A stretch of 59,242 bases of DNA, filler included, from Diploschistes diacapsis (Eukaryota), in assembly GCA_023645945.1 (NCBI GenBank). It is 6 parts of 6 records of this genome, joined end to end, with 100 filler letters (N's around TTAATTAATTAA, not from the genome) between each part and the next. Parts side by side here need not be neighbours in the genome. Positions count along the whole stretch, not along the records: positions 1 to 9,825 come from JALAIB010000992.1; positions 9,926 to 19,720 come from JALAIB010000993.1; 4 more parts are not named here. The stretch is one strand, 5' to 3'. The position numbers were made by a program, and so were the translations under genes. Numbering within the stretch: position 1 is the stretch's first letter; each line of letters opens with the position of its first letter. Positions 1 through 11,375 of this stretch are shown here, piece after piece. Under the pieces are notes generated by a model. That model was given only the letters and a program-made list of their open reading frames with translations. It was not told the DNA's origin and did not search any database.

Positions 1-189
1 ATATACGTCTCTGGATTAAAGGCCAATCTCATATCGAAAATAAAAGTTATATAAAAGAAATTACGGGGGAATTTTGATTAAAATGGCTTATATTTACACG
101 ATAACAACGGACGGATCATTCTTATATTAAAAAAAATAGAATCTATTACTCGAACAAGATTATAAAAAAGACATACGTATAAAGCAATA

Positions 190-1466
190 CAGTACTAGTC
201 CAAAAGTAATGGTCCCTCGGTTAAATCGGTGCAAATAAACAATAAATGCTTACTATTATTTTTACAATAATGCAACCATATCGTCGTTTGAAGCTCTGGG
301 AGCGCTCTGAGCTTATAGGCGCATATAGATCAGGTGTTATTCTAAAAAATGCAGCCAATAGGTTAAATATTCCTTATTTTATAGCCAAAAAGATAATAGT
401 AAAGGTTTTAGAACGTGATAAAGATCAAGATGATCTGAAGCGTTCCGGAAGACCTCGAACAACGTCCGAAAATCAAGAAAATAGGTTTTATCGAACGGCT
501 AGACGTCATCTAGAATCTAAATGGTTTGAATTGTTCGATATCTCGTCTATTAGTAAAAATATAGTGCGTAGAAGATTCCGCGATATCGACCTTTTTTTAA
601 AAAAATATAGGATGCGGTGGAAGTCATATTTAGAACTTAAAGATGCGGAAAAACGTTTGAGGTATTCTCGAATATATCGAACTTGACGCGCCGAAGATTT
701 TATTAATATTTGATTTATCGACGAGTGCTTCATAATAATAGGAAATAATAAAGTACGAAAATGGGTATAGAGATATATAGGAGAATAATGGCTTCCCGAT
801 CATCTAGCAAAAACGGCTAGAAATAAGAAAAATATCATGTTTTGGGCTGGTATGAAAGCCGATGGACGCGTCGTGTGATGTTTTTTCGAAGATTATTATA
901 TAAATGGACGAAATGCTACCGCCGAGGCTTATTATACTTTATTAAAGGATATTTTGCCCTAAATCTACGAACCTGGATAAGGTTTTTTGCAGAATAATGC
1001 TTTTATACACATTATAAACGCTATTAAAACGCTTTTAGAAAATCTCGGCGTCTAGGTTCTCGATTATTTATTATATAGTCTAAATTTAAACGTTATAAAA
1101 TATCTTTGGCTTAAATTAAAAGAAAAAATATTTCGGCTTCATCCAGAGCTTAAAACAATACGTGAAAACAAAGATAATAAGAAACAGGCTTTAAAAGCTA
1201 TTATTATCGAAACATTTGGTCAAATTACGATAGATAGGAAGTAAGATTTGCCTGCTCGATTAATTTATTCGATACCTACGCGAATTCAGGCTATATACGA
1301 CGCGCAGGGGTGGTAAACAAAGTATTAATAGATACTACGATTAAAGGGTATCAAAATTATCTAAAAAGCGCATTTGTAGGACATTATTTGGGTGCGCATC
1401 GCATCTCCAAAGTTGGTGATGTCTACTGCAATTTAGGTAGGGACCATTACTTTTGGCACGTGACTG
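190..1466 (+). mobile_element. Tc1/mariner (impala-like, DD34E) DNA transposon, RIP-inactivated, 1277 bp
   Basis: 28-bp terminal inverted repeats at 190-217 (cagtactagtccaaaagtaatggtccct) and 1439-1466 (reverse complement cagtcacgtgccaaaagtaatggtccct). TA on both flanks (188-189, 1467-1468). Internal transposase remnants and an AT-rich interior. Confidence 0.9.
270..1328 (+). pseudogene. Tc1-family transposase pseudogene with multiple stops
   Basis: N-terminal HTH region with RSGRPRTTS. Degenerate catalytic motifs 'I*FIDEC', 'MFWAG', 'FLQNNAFIH' (QDNA) and 'YSLNLNVIKYLW' (SPDLNPIExxW). Changes are mostly G>A and C>T, as in RIP. Confidence 0.85.
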
Positions 1467-1520
1467 TACAACACTAGATCCTCATCCAAGGTACTGTGTA
1501 CCCTACACAAAGCGTCCATC

Positions 1521-4500
1521 TCACCTCTCAATCCTCTCAACAACCCAACTCCCCCGCGCATCCCTCTTCTGCAACACCTTCAGCGCCGGCAAAGGCCACG
1601 CCCTCCCCCCAGCGCCACTCCCACTCGTCATGCTCGGGACCACCCACGCGATCCTCTTATCTCGCTCCCCCTCCACTTCGAGTACCTTTCCCACCGGCTT
1701 GCCATATTCCAGCAGTGGTGTTCCCTTCGCCAGCGTGGAAAGCTGCATCCCCGTGACAGCCGTGAGCGGGTGCATTCGCGTCTTCGGGATTTTAGAGCCT
1801 GCGATCGTCGAGGGGATCGAGCGCTGCAGGTGGGAATAGACAAGGTATTGCGGAAGATCTTTTGTCGAAGAATGTGCGAGGACGCTGGATGGATGGATGA
1901 ACACGGCCAGGGAGTCGAGTGACTCTGTTTTGCCTTCGTGGGTTGGGAATAGAGTGAGGTATGGGACGTCAATAGCTCGTTTAGGTGATCTCGGCATGTT
2001 GAATTGCTGTGGATAGAGGTCGGCGCGGATCGCAACTTGGTCGATGAAGCCCGCTGCTACTATTTGCTTCAGAGCTGCGATCTGGGTGTTTGACGGCGGA
2101 AGGAGGGTCAGTCTGGAGATATCGACCGAGCCGGGATGATTCACAGCTATAACACTAAGAAGCAATCTATAGAGGAGAAGAGACTCTTTCATCGCCTTCG
2201 TGCGGAGGAACCTCGACGTACAGAAAGCTTCTGTTTCATTAGAGTTAGAAGCCCACATATAGGCACAGAATGCGGAGAGGAGCTTCAACGCATCCGATTG
2301 TCTGTCCTGTGCGCTGAAGGCATGATGCGTTTTGTTATAATCCTGCTTCTTCTGGTTCTGGGTTGTATTATTTATGTGATTTACGTTGGAATATGTTTCG
2401 CCGTCGCTGTCGCTACCTCCTAGGTTCAAGAGTGGCTCGGGAACGAAAAGCTCTGGAATTGCCAATGCAGCTACAACTGCTACTGTATAGTGAATGCACT
2501 CATGTTGATGTCCAATAGCGAGCATTTTGGCGAATCTGGGACCCAAGGGGAAAATAGACAAGTCTCGGCCTAAGGGTGTAACCTTGCCATCTTGATCCAA
2601 AGCTCCAAGGTAGGCGAGAATCCTCTCAGCTTTCGAAATAGCCTGTCTGTCTGGAGGTGTAGGAAATGGAAAGTTGATCGTATGCCGTAGGTCCATTGAT
2701 TTCAGTTGTAATACGATTCCTTCGACTGGGCTTCGCAAGATTTCCGGTGTGGTATGCTCAGCAAAGTCTCGCTCGTAGACCGCCGAAGAGTACAGCCTGT
2801 AGCAGTGACCTGGACCCGTACGACCCGCTCGACCTGCTCTTTGAGTTGCACTAGCCTTCGAAATCCACGCAACCTGAAACGTCTGGACACTGCTAGTCTC
2901 GTCGTATACCTTTTCTTTAGAACGTCCACAGTCGATCACGTATCGAATGCCCGGGATTGTTATACTAGTTTCTGAAGGTAAGGCATGTCAGTCTTTGTAA
3001 TGGGATAGTCTACAAGGGGGCTCGCTTACCTGCCACGTTCGTAGCCAGTATGATGGGACGTGTGTTCTCTGGCGGCGGTTCGAAGACTCGAAGCTGTTCC
3101 TGCGTTGGTAGTTGCGAGTATAGCGGTAATATCAAAGCTTTAGAAGAAGCCTCTTCAAAGTCCTCAATCTCGAATTCCTTTTCTTCATCCTCCGAGTTCC
3201 CGCTAACCTCGTCCGGGTAGATCATGCTCGTCATGTTTTCACCAAGATCCATATCGTCGACCTCCAAAGGAACATTTTTTGCAGCAATCTTTATGCCTGG
3301 CATAGTTTGTGAGGTTTGGTGTACTTGGAGCTTCTGGCTCAATCTCTTTGCTAATTCAATAATCTCACTCTGTCCCGTCAGAAACACCAGCATTCCTCCA
3401 GGTGGTAGCTTTCGGTGGCCCCTAGTTATCTTTGTAAAGGCATCGTCAAGATATTGCCTTTGGGTCCGGCGCGCAAAATGCATTGTCACAGGATATTGAC
3501 GACCCTCGCTTTCTACCAAAGGAGGCTTACCCCTAGGGAACAGGTTCGAATTGCTAAGGAAGGCGTCCGTCATCAAAGTGGCGGACATTATAATAAGTTT
3601 CAGAGGCTTCACCTCTGCATTTTCTTTGCTCAATCTCGCCCGTAGGTCAACTATCCTGCTGACCATTGCTATCAGAATATCAGTATTGACGCTTCTTTCA
3701 TGCGCCTCGTCGATCACGATCGCAGAGTATCTTGACAGAATAAAGTCCTGAGAGATCTCCCGTAGCAGGATGCCGTCGGTCATGAACTTGATTGCAGTCT
3801 TTTTACCAACCGTAGAATCGAATCTTATCTGATACGAACTAGCATTGACATTGCCCAGCTCTTCGCCAACCCGCCGCGCCATTGTCACAGCTGCCACCCT
3901 TCGAGGTTGGGTGACACCCACCATACCCGGGTTAGGACTATCAGGGCTACCATAGCCAGCTTCATAGAGGAATTGAGGAACCTGCGTTGTCTTTCCACTT
4001 CCAGTAGCTCCGCATACGATCACTACGGGATTATTATGAATGGCTTCCATGATCTTCTGTTCCTCAGCCACTATGGGGAGTTTCGAGCGCGCCTCCTCGA
4101 TCTCTGGCTTTCGAGCCACTTGGACGCTAAAAGCCTTCCGCTGTACAGCATCCGCATCGACATGGAGCTCCTGGGGTAAGGGATCCTGCTCTGGACTTCG
4201 CAGACGGACAGACCCGACAGGTGCCTCTTGTCTTTCATCCTGGGATTGCACAACTGGAGCGGATGGTGTGAAGTCTTTCGCTTCGTTCATCTGCTGTGTG
4301 GCCCAGACCTTGAATTCGGAGTTTGCTCTAGGTACTATATGGGATGACGGTGGTTTTTTGGGAGGATACTGAGCGAAAGAGAACAGGGGCATTGAGTCCG
4401 ACTCGTCCGACTCGGATTCGGTATTTGAGCCTTCCTCTTCCGAATCAGCGGGGTCCGGATCAGATTCTGACCCTGAAGATGTCGTTCCGCTAGCGTCTAT

Positions 4501-5239
4501 GCCGTCCTCGACCTCAGCCTCGGAGTCAAACCCGTCCCAAGGGATCTCTTGAGGATCGTGAGCCACCTCCGACCATGTGCTCAAACGTTGGCGTCTCTTG
4601 ATCACTGGGTTGCCCGTGTCATCCACCTGAAGCGGCCTTTTGAGACCGCTCCCTAACACCGCGTTTCGTTGATTGGCCTGAAGTTGCGCGGGTAGACCAT
4701 CGGAAGAAGTAGACTCAAGCCTCTCGTCCCGAAGCTCATCTGAAAGTTCCCGGTAATTCAAGGAGCTGCCTGGCGCAAAAGAATCAGGGGTTGACACATC
4801 CAAGTCCTCATCACTCTCTACGCTCTCATTTGAACTCGGAGGTGCGTTCTTCGACACACTTCGCTTAGATGCTTTCTGTCGGCTTATGTCCTTCGAGCTT
4901 CGTAGTAAAGAAGTATCAAACTTCGCACTCCCTAATTTCTTAAGCAATTCCAGGTTCTCTTCTTTCCTTAATTTGGTATCCTATGCCTAATTCAGCATTC
5001 TGCTGTGCCCAGGCCATAACGCAACTGACGATGTAATGATCGAGTCGTTTCTTTTTCTTGCTCGACATGTTAGGCTGCTGGGACCGAATATTCTCCCGAG
5101 CTTCCTCATGCTTTCGCTTCCTAGTTGCTTGATCGGGCGGAAGTATTTCCACCGCATTTGGGTCATGGTCACTTCCAGCATGCTTAGTTTCCTTTTTTCG
5201 AACTTTGTGCTTCCGCTCTCGTTTTTTATATGGAGCCAT
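1521..5239 (-). CDS. DHR1: DEAH-box RNA helicase Dhr1/Ecm16 (DHX37), 3 exons
   Basis: Motifs GATGSGKTTQVPQF, TQPRRVAA, IDEAHER, MSAT, ATNVAETSITIPGI and QRAGRAGR. Lys-rich N-terminus SSKKKKRLDHYI. Introns at about 4981-5029 and 2972-3030. Confidence 0.93.
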
Positions 5240-6443
5240 TATGCGAGTAGTTTGGCCGCTCACTTCCTATAGCGATTGCAATGTCATCGTATCGTGAGCT
5301 CTAACAAGACCTTTTGCGACTTTCTGCTTTTCATAAGCGTTGAAGCATGTTTTGTCGATGTCGGGCCACTACTGGAATTATTTTTGACATTGGAATCCAC
5401 CGGAGTTTAGCCGAACGCTCAGCCCTACGGTCTTGATAGATCTTCATCTTCCGTGCTGTACCAATCGATGTTACATATTATCAAAGGACGAAGCCGAGAT
5501 TGATATCCAGTCCGCACACTGTGCAGCAGTCTCCCGCGTGAAAATGCTCCGCGATTTCAAGACGTGCTTTGAAGGCAGTACTTCGATTTGCATGGTAAGC
5601 AGTGGGCTCACAGGTTGGCATAGCTCAGTTATGCCTTGGTTGACTTTCAATATGAGACCTGTGCAACAGCTCCTTTGCTAGGAATGACTTCAATCGCCAT
5701 AGCAGTTTTTAAAGGGATCATATCTTCACAGCGACCGGTCATATTTGCCCGCTCCTGGTAATATCCTCCCGGTGACTGGATCTCCGCCAGCATTGCGCCG
5801 ACGTTGAAAATCACAGCGGCTCTTTTTGAACAGCTCCAAGCGCCTGTTCTCTGCATGCATTGCTACAGAGCACCAGGGCCCTCGTCCGAACTGCCTCTGT
5901 AGCTGTGTTCTGATTCATCCAAGGCTACATCAGAGGCATACCCATATCTCGCGAATAATACAAGGGTGTCGGAGCGAAGTTCAAGTTAAGCGCCGTGATT
6001 CTACTATTCTACGTGACCCGATAGCAACACTACTACTCGATTTAACTTTTACCAGTCTCACCTCGATACTAGCAAGCCTCTTCTCCAGCATCAAATATTC
6101 GAGCCATATAACAAAAGCATGTCAGGTAGATTCACTCTCTTCCTAAGATGTCCGTGAAGCAGTGCTTACACAAGTTCCTTCGCTATGCGCTTTCTTTTCT
6201 TTACTAATTGCGGTGCTTTCTACACGCACCTTTGGGTGCAACCAAGTGGTTTGGGACTGCGCTGAATGCTCTGGTGGGTACATTAGCGGTGTTTCCAGCG
6301 ATCGTCATCGACCCCGCTATTCAAGAAAGGGTGAGAACTTGAAAGCTTTGTGTACATGTACTGGATAGAACTTCAATATACGCGAACAGGAGCAGTCAGA
6401 GCATAATTCTAGTGTCAAGCAAAGACCATTCCCTAGAGGAACC

Positions 6444-7031
6444 ATGTCAGGCCCCAAGTCCTTCCGCGAGCTAATCGGCGTCCCCCCCTCAACCGCCTCG
6501 CCAGCAGATTCCACTTTGATCATCATCGACGCTCAGAACGAGTACGCGGACGGCCATTTGAAGACCGCCAACATCAACTCCACCCGCAAAGCCATCTCCA
6601 ATCTCCTTACCACCTACCGCAAAGCCAGCTCGTCGTCAAACATCATCCATGTAACGCACCATACGCCTGAAGGCGCGCCGGTCTTCACCTCCGGCACGCC
6701 GCTCGCGCAGGAATTCGCGGAGCTGAAGCCAGAGGAGGGTGAACATACAGTGTCAAAGCAGACGCCGGGGAGCTTTACGGGCACGGATCTCGCTGGGATC
6801 TTGGAGCAAGGGGGTAGGAAAAAGGTGGTGCTCACGGGATATATGGCGCATGTGTGCGTGAGTACGACAGCGAGGCAAGCGGCGGAAAGAGGGTACGACG
6901 TGATTCTGGCGAAGGAGGCCATCGGAGACCGAGACATTCCCGGGGCGGAGGCGGCGCACGTGGTAGAGGGGAGTTTGAGGGAGCTGGCGGATGCGTTTGC
7001 GACGGTTGTCAGTGTGAACGATATCAAGTAA
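6444..7031 (+). CDS. Isochorismatase-family cysteine hydrolase
   Basis: Catalytic D/K/C motifs [23 protein letters not shown] and [15 protein letters not shown]. Intact 195-aa ORF. Confidence 0.9.
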   Translation: MSGPKSFRELIGVPPSTASPADSTLIIIDAQNEYADGHLKTANINSTRKAISNLLTTYRKASSSSNIIHVTHHTPEGAPVFTSGTPLAQEFAELKPEEGEHTVSKQTPGSFTGTDLAGILEQGGRKKVVLTGYMAHVCVSTTARQAAERGYDVILAKEAIGDRDIPGAEAAHVVEGSLRELADAFATVVSVNDIK

Positions 7032-7268
7032 ACTTTACTTAATTGATGACATGTACGATAGTAAAGCTTCTAGATTGTTCATGTTAGTTTACAGGGTGCA
7101 GCCGATGTGGCAGCCGCTAGAATATTTGGAAGCTTTGGAAATTTTAACCACCCTGAAAACTGTAGAGTGAAGTATCTCATAGACATTTGGGAACAAGTTC
7201 ATTTTCCTTGGCTTGAAAAACCCAGCCTCTAGCAAATCATCACAACTCTTGAAGAGTCTCACTGTCTC

Positions 7269-7811
7269 ATGGGTACGACATACACACCCCATGTAAATGG
7301 CTACGCCAACACGCCCTATCCACTGCGCCTCAAGCAAAGCTTCGGCCCCGTCGACAACATCCCCACCAACGTCGCCGTCTACTCCTTCACCGACAAAATC
7401 ATGATCACCGTCTCCCAAGAAGGCATGCTCGCGCAATGGGTACACTTCCCCTCCGCGTCTCCCCTCTTCCTCCTTTTCCATCAACCCCCCATCTCCTCTC
7501 CATCTCACCCCCCAACCTAGATTCAAGTCTCCCTCGACCCCTCGCACCCCTCCCGTGGACACAACACCCTCCCCTCCGATCCCGACGACATGCTCCCCTC
7601 GGCCGATCTGGATGTCAGGACGCTTCTGGGCGGCGGCACCCCGGACCGCGAGGCCATGGGCAAGCTATACGCCAGCCAGCTCGCCACGATGATCGCGGCG
7701 AAACATCCGGAGGAGGCGAGGCCAGTGCTTGTGGGACTGGGCTTGCGCGGGGCTGAGGCGGGGCAGGAGCAGTTTTTGGATCTGATGGAGCTTGTTGTTA
7801 AGTGTTTGTGA
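7269..7811 (+). CDS. Proteasome assembly chaperone 3 (PAC3/Irc25-like), 2 exons
   Basis: FTDKIMITVSQEG.LAQW and LLGGG...LYASQLA...PVLVGLGL motifs. An in-frame GT-AG intron at 7440-7520 joins the two ORFs. Confidence 0.7.
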
Positions 7812-8257
7812 AGGAGCGAAGTTCGCGAGGTAAGTACTTGGGAGGCTGGGTGGGAACGACGTGTTCGTATGGTATGGGCTGGCATTGACGGGCGCATGTT
7901 TGGGGCTCAGATACTTACCTGGAAGGGGTAGAGGGAGATTCGATGATTCCGGAGACGGCTGTCAAACGCTGTCCATGGCACTGGATTACCAACATGCTCG
8001 ATTCCGCTACGCTAGTGCGCTCAGGCTCTCCGAATGATCAGCAGCACTTCCACAATGTGCACTACCAGGCCCGACTAACAGCAGCCGCACTCTTTCCAGA
8101 ACCTCCATGGCCTAACACGACAACTCTCGCACCGCTCTCTCTCTCGCGCGCCTAGCCACCCTGCCCCGACACTCACCAGCCATACACGCACCATTTGACC
8201 ACGAATCGTCAACCCACTACCGCCCATCACCAACCGTCAGCCGCCAATCATCGCCCA

Positions 8258-8667
8258 TTAAATAAGCCTAAACATATTTTCCTTCACCCCCCTCTTCATC
8301 GCCACCGGCTTCCCACCCTCCAGCTCCAGCCCCGCCTCGCCGCCGTCCCCGGACCGCGCCTCCAGCTTCTGCCTCAGCTCCTCGTCCAGCTCGGCGACCG
8401 TCTTCTTCTTCCGCGGCTGCTCGCCTGGAGCCTGGTTTCCTAACTCAGAGGACTGGAGGGGTTTTTAAGGCGGGGGATAATTAGAGGAAGGTTGGAAGGG
8501 CGGCTTACTTTGGTCTCATGGCTGGTGTTAGCTGGCGCTTTGGCGGGGGCGTGGGTGGGAGTGGCGGAGTATGCCAGTCGGCCCGACCGCGGTAGTATGT
8601 ATGCTTGTACTGGTTTGGTGGCGGCGACGACGGGGAGATGGATGCTTTTTGCTAGGGCGTGGCTCAT
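8258..8667 (-). CDS. Small conserved hypothetical fungal protein (~117 aa), 2 exons
   Basis: Exon 1 is MSHALAK...HETK. Intron 8453-8508 (GTAAGC...CTAAT...CAG). Exon 2 is SSELGNQAPGEQPRKKKTVAELDEELRQKLEARSGDGGEAGLELEGGKPVAMKRGVKENMFRLI*. The C-terminus resembles a Pezizomycotina family I recall. Confidence 0.65.
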
Positions 8668-9056
8668 TACCGCGGACGGCGGCGGTCAGTGTCTGGCTTC
8701 GGTAGTAGATATTTCGATTACGACTTAGGGGACTTCTCAGGTAGGGCTGTGGGTAATTTGGGGCAGTGGCCTTTTATTGCCTTATTAATTCGAAATATAT
8801 CTGTAATTCCTACGTCAGATTTCCAAGTCCGCTTGTTCATGTCCAGGGCTTGGCATTTAGTCGGGTTCGAAGCTTAGCGTGGCAAGCGCCGCAGCACACA
8901 AAGCCTCTTGGAGCTAGTACCCAGATCAGCTAACTCGGTTCATATACACGGACATATCGCACTTAAGCCCATCCTCCAAGAAAAAAGCCTATTCAGCTAG
9001 AGCACCTCCAACTTCCTCCATCCTCCTCCTCCGCCAGGCTGCCCTAGACCAATGGC

Positions 9057-9825
9057 ATGCCCCGCCTCACCCTCGGCCTAATCCGTACCGGCTACAGCAT
9101 TCACCCGCTCCTCCCCTACCTCCTCCCAGCATGCCGCGACCTCCCCTCCGCCCTGCAAGAACTGCGCTGGCTCCAGCAGCACGTCGCCAAAACCCAGCTC
9201 CTCCACGCCCGCCGCAACAAAATCCGCAAACCCCGACTTAACGATCCCTCTCCCTCTCCCTCGAATCCCCACCCTCCATCCCTTCTCCGCCTCTGCCGCC
9301 GCCGCCACGCCGGCGAACCCCTCCAATACATCCTCGGCTCGCAGCCCTTCGGCCCCTTGCATGTCCTGTGCCGGCGCGGTGTCTTCGTCCCGCGCCCCGA
9401 GACGGAAACATATGCTCTTGCTCTGGCCGCGCGCTTGCTGGCACACCAGGAGCTCATCAGCCGCGGCATCGATGTCCCCACCCACAACCACAGGGGCAAC
9501 CACAAGGTCGGTATCGATGTCGAGCTCGCAGCACGTGCACGCCCCACCCTTTCCTCACAGAGGCGGAAAGAGAAGCAGGAGCGAGGAGGAGGACGGGGCC
9601 TCGTGGTCATCGATCTGTGCGCCGGCACGGGCTGCATAGGGCTGGCGCTGTATGCGCTGCTGGGCCGCGCGTTCGCGGGGATGAGCGTGTGCGCGGTCGA
9701 TCGGAGCCCGCGGGCAAGAGAGGTGGGGTTGAGGACTGCTTGGCTGAATTGGAGGCTTGGGCGGTTTGGGCTGGAGACAGTGGCGGCTGGGAGTGAAAGG
9801 CAGGGGAAGGTTGTGGGTATGGGGG
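9057..9825 (+). CDS. MTQ1: HemK/PrmC-family N5-glutamine methyltransferase (Mtq1-like), 3'-truncated by contig end
   Basis: GEPLQYILGSQPFG, VFVPRPETE and the SAM-binding motif IDLCAGTGCI. Confidence 0.85.
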
Positions 9826-9925
9826 NNNNNNNNNNNNNNNNNNNNNNNNNNNNNNNNNNNNNNNNNNNNTTAATTAATTAANNNNNNNNNNNNNNNNNNN
9901 NNNNNNNNNNNNNNNNNNNNNNNNN
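9826..9925. other. Artificial contig linker N44-TTAATTAATTAA-N44
   Basis: Exactly 100 bp with a six-frame stop cassette. Identical at five positions. Confidence 0.98.
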
Positions 9926-11320
9926 CCCATAACCCACAACCCTCTGTCCCCACCTACTCTGCTCCCAACCCCCTGGAACACCATGACCGTCCCGTTCCCC
10001 GCCACGCTTGCACTCGCCGTCGGTCCACTTCCACTTCCAGGTCCGTTCCCACTCCCCACCCCCGCCGAGCTCGTACCCGTCGTCTGCGCCAACGCCGCCG
10101 TCGACCTTCCATCCACAATGACATCTCCACCTCCCGGCACGAGCGAGAACGTGTCCGGCCCGACCGTCACCGCCGGGCCGCCGGGCGTGAGCGTCTGCCC
10201 CGAGAGAACGAGGTCGGAGCCCGTGGCGGAGAGGGTGAAGAGCTGGCCGTCTGCGGAGAGGGTCAGCAGCGAGGCGGTGGCGATGGCGTCTGCTGCTGTC
10301 GCCGCGGCTGCAATAGGCGGTAGGGCTGTGGTGTGGCCGTTTATGACGATGCTGCTCGCTCCGGGAGGGAGGGAGTACGTGGTGCCGTCTACGGTTATGG
10401 GCGAGCCGCCTGGTGTCAGGGTCTGACCGGAGATCACCAGATCCGGGCCCGGGTCCCCACCGTTGGAGGCCGGGATCGGGGTGAATGTGGCGCCGCCTAC
10501 GGTGATGGGCGTATCGGGGTTGGGGACAGGGGAGTTGGGGTTTGAGGGCAAGGGGACGGTGGAGGAGCCGTCGATCACGATGCTGCTTGCGCCGGGGGGG
10601 AGAGAGTAGATTGCTCCTCCGACCATGATGGGCGAGCCGCCCGGTGTAAGGGTTTGGCCGGATATTATCCAGTCGGTGCTTGAGCCAGGACCAGAGCCTG
10701 CAGGTTGGGGGGTAAATGTCGCGCCAGCCACTGTGATTGGGGAGGAGCCGGAACCTGCCATGGGCGTGGGCACTGGTAGGGCTACGGTAGAACCGCCGAT
10801 GACAATTGAGTTGGGCAGACCTCCGCCGCTACCACTGCCACTACCAGAGCCAGGGGCAGGAAGAGATATTGCAGTGCCGGAAACGGTCATGGCTGGGCCA
10901 CCTGGTGTGAGGGTCTGACCGCCCACAGCGACACCAGAGGGAACGGGCGTAAATGTTATGCCCGAGATGGTCACAGCTGACGGTGGGGAACCACTGCCGT
11001 TACCGTTGCCGCTACCGGGAACCGAAGGGGAGCCAGAACCTGGAAGGGCGATGGTCGATGAGCCGACGACTACGGCTGTCGCGCTGGGAGCGAGGGAGAC
11101 CGGCGTGCCGGAAATAGTTACAGCTGGAGCGCCGGGCAATATAGTGTTGGTGCCAATGATCAGAGCCGAGCTGTCGAATATAGCTGTCGCAGAGCCAATC
11201 ACGAGCGGTGCAGGAGGCGGAGCCGGCGTGATGCCTGGGCTCGCGGCGGGGCCCGCGGGAGATGGCTGAGAGCCCGACTGAGAGCCTGGACCAGAGCCCG
11301 AACCAGAGCCCAAATCAGAG

Positions 11321-11375
<55 letters not shown>

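Noticed and set aside
6162..6368. Possible small secreted Cys-containing protein
   Set aside because: The ATG at 6185 is out of frame with the signal-like segment. At best a relic, and not supportable.
9870..9881. TTAATTAATTAA as a biological palindrome
   Set aside because: Always embedded in N runs. It is a six-frame stop linker.
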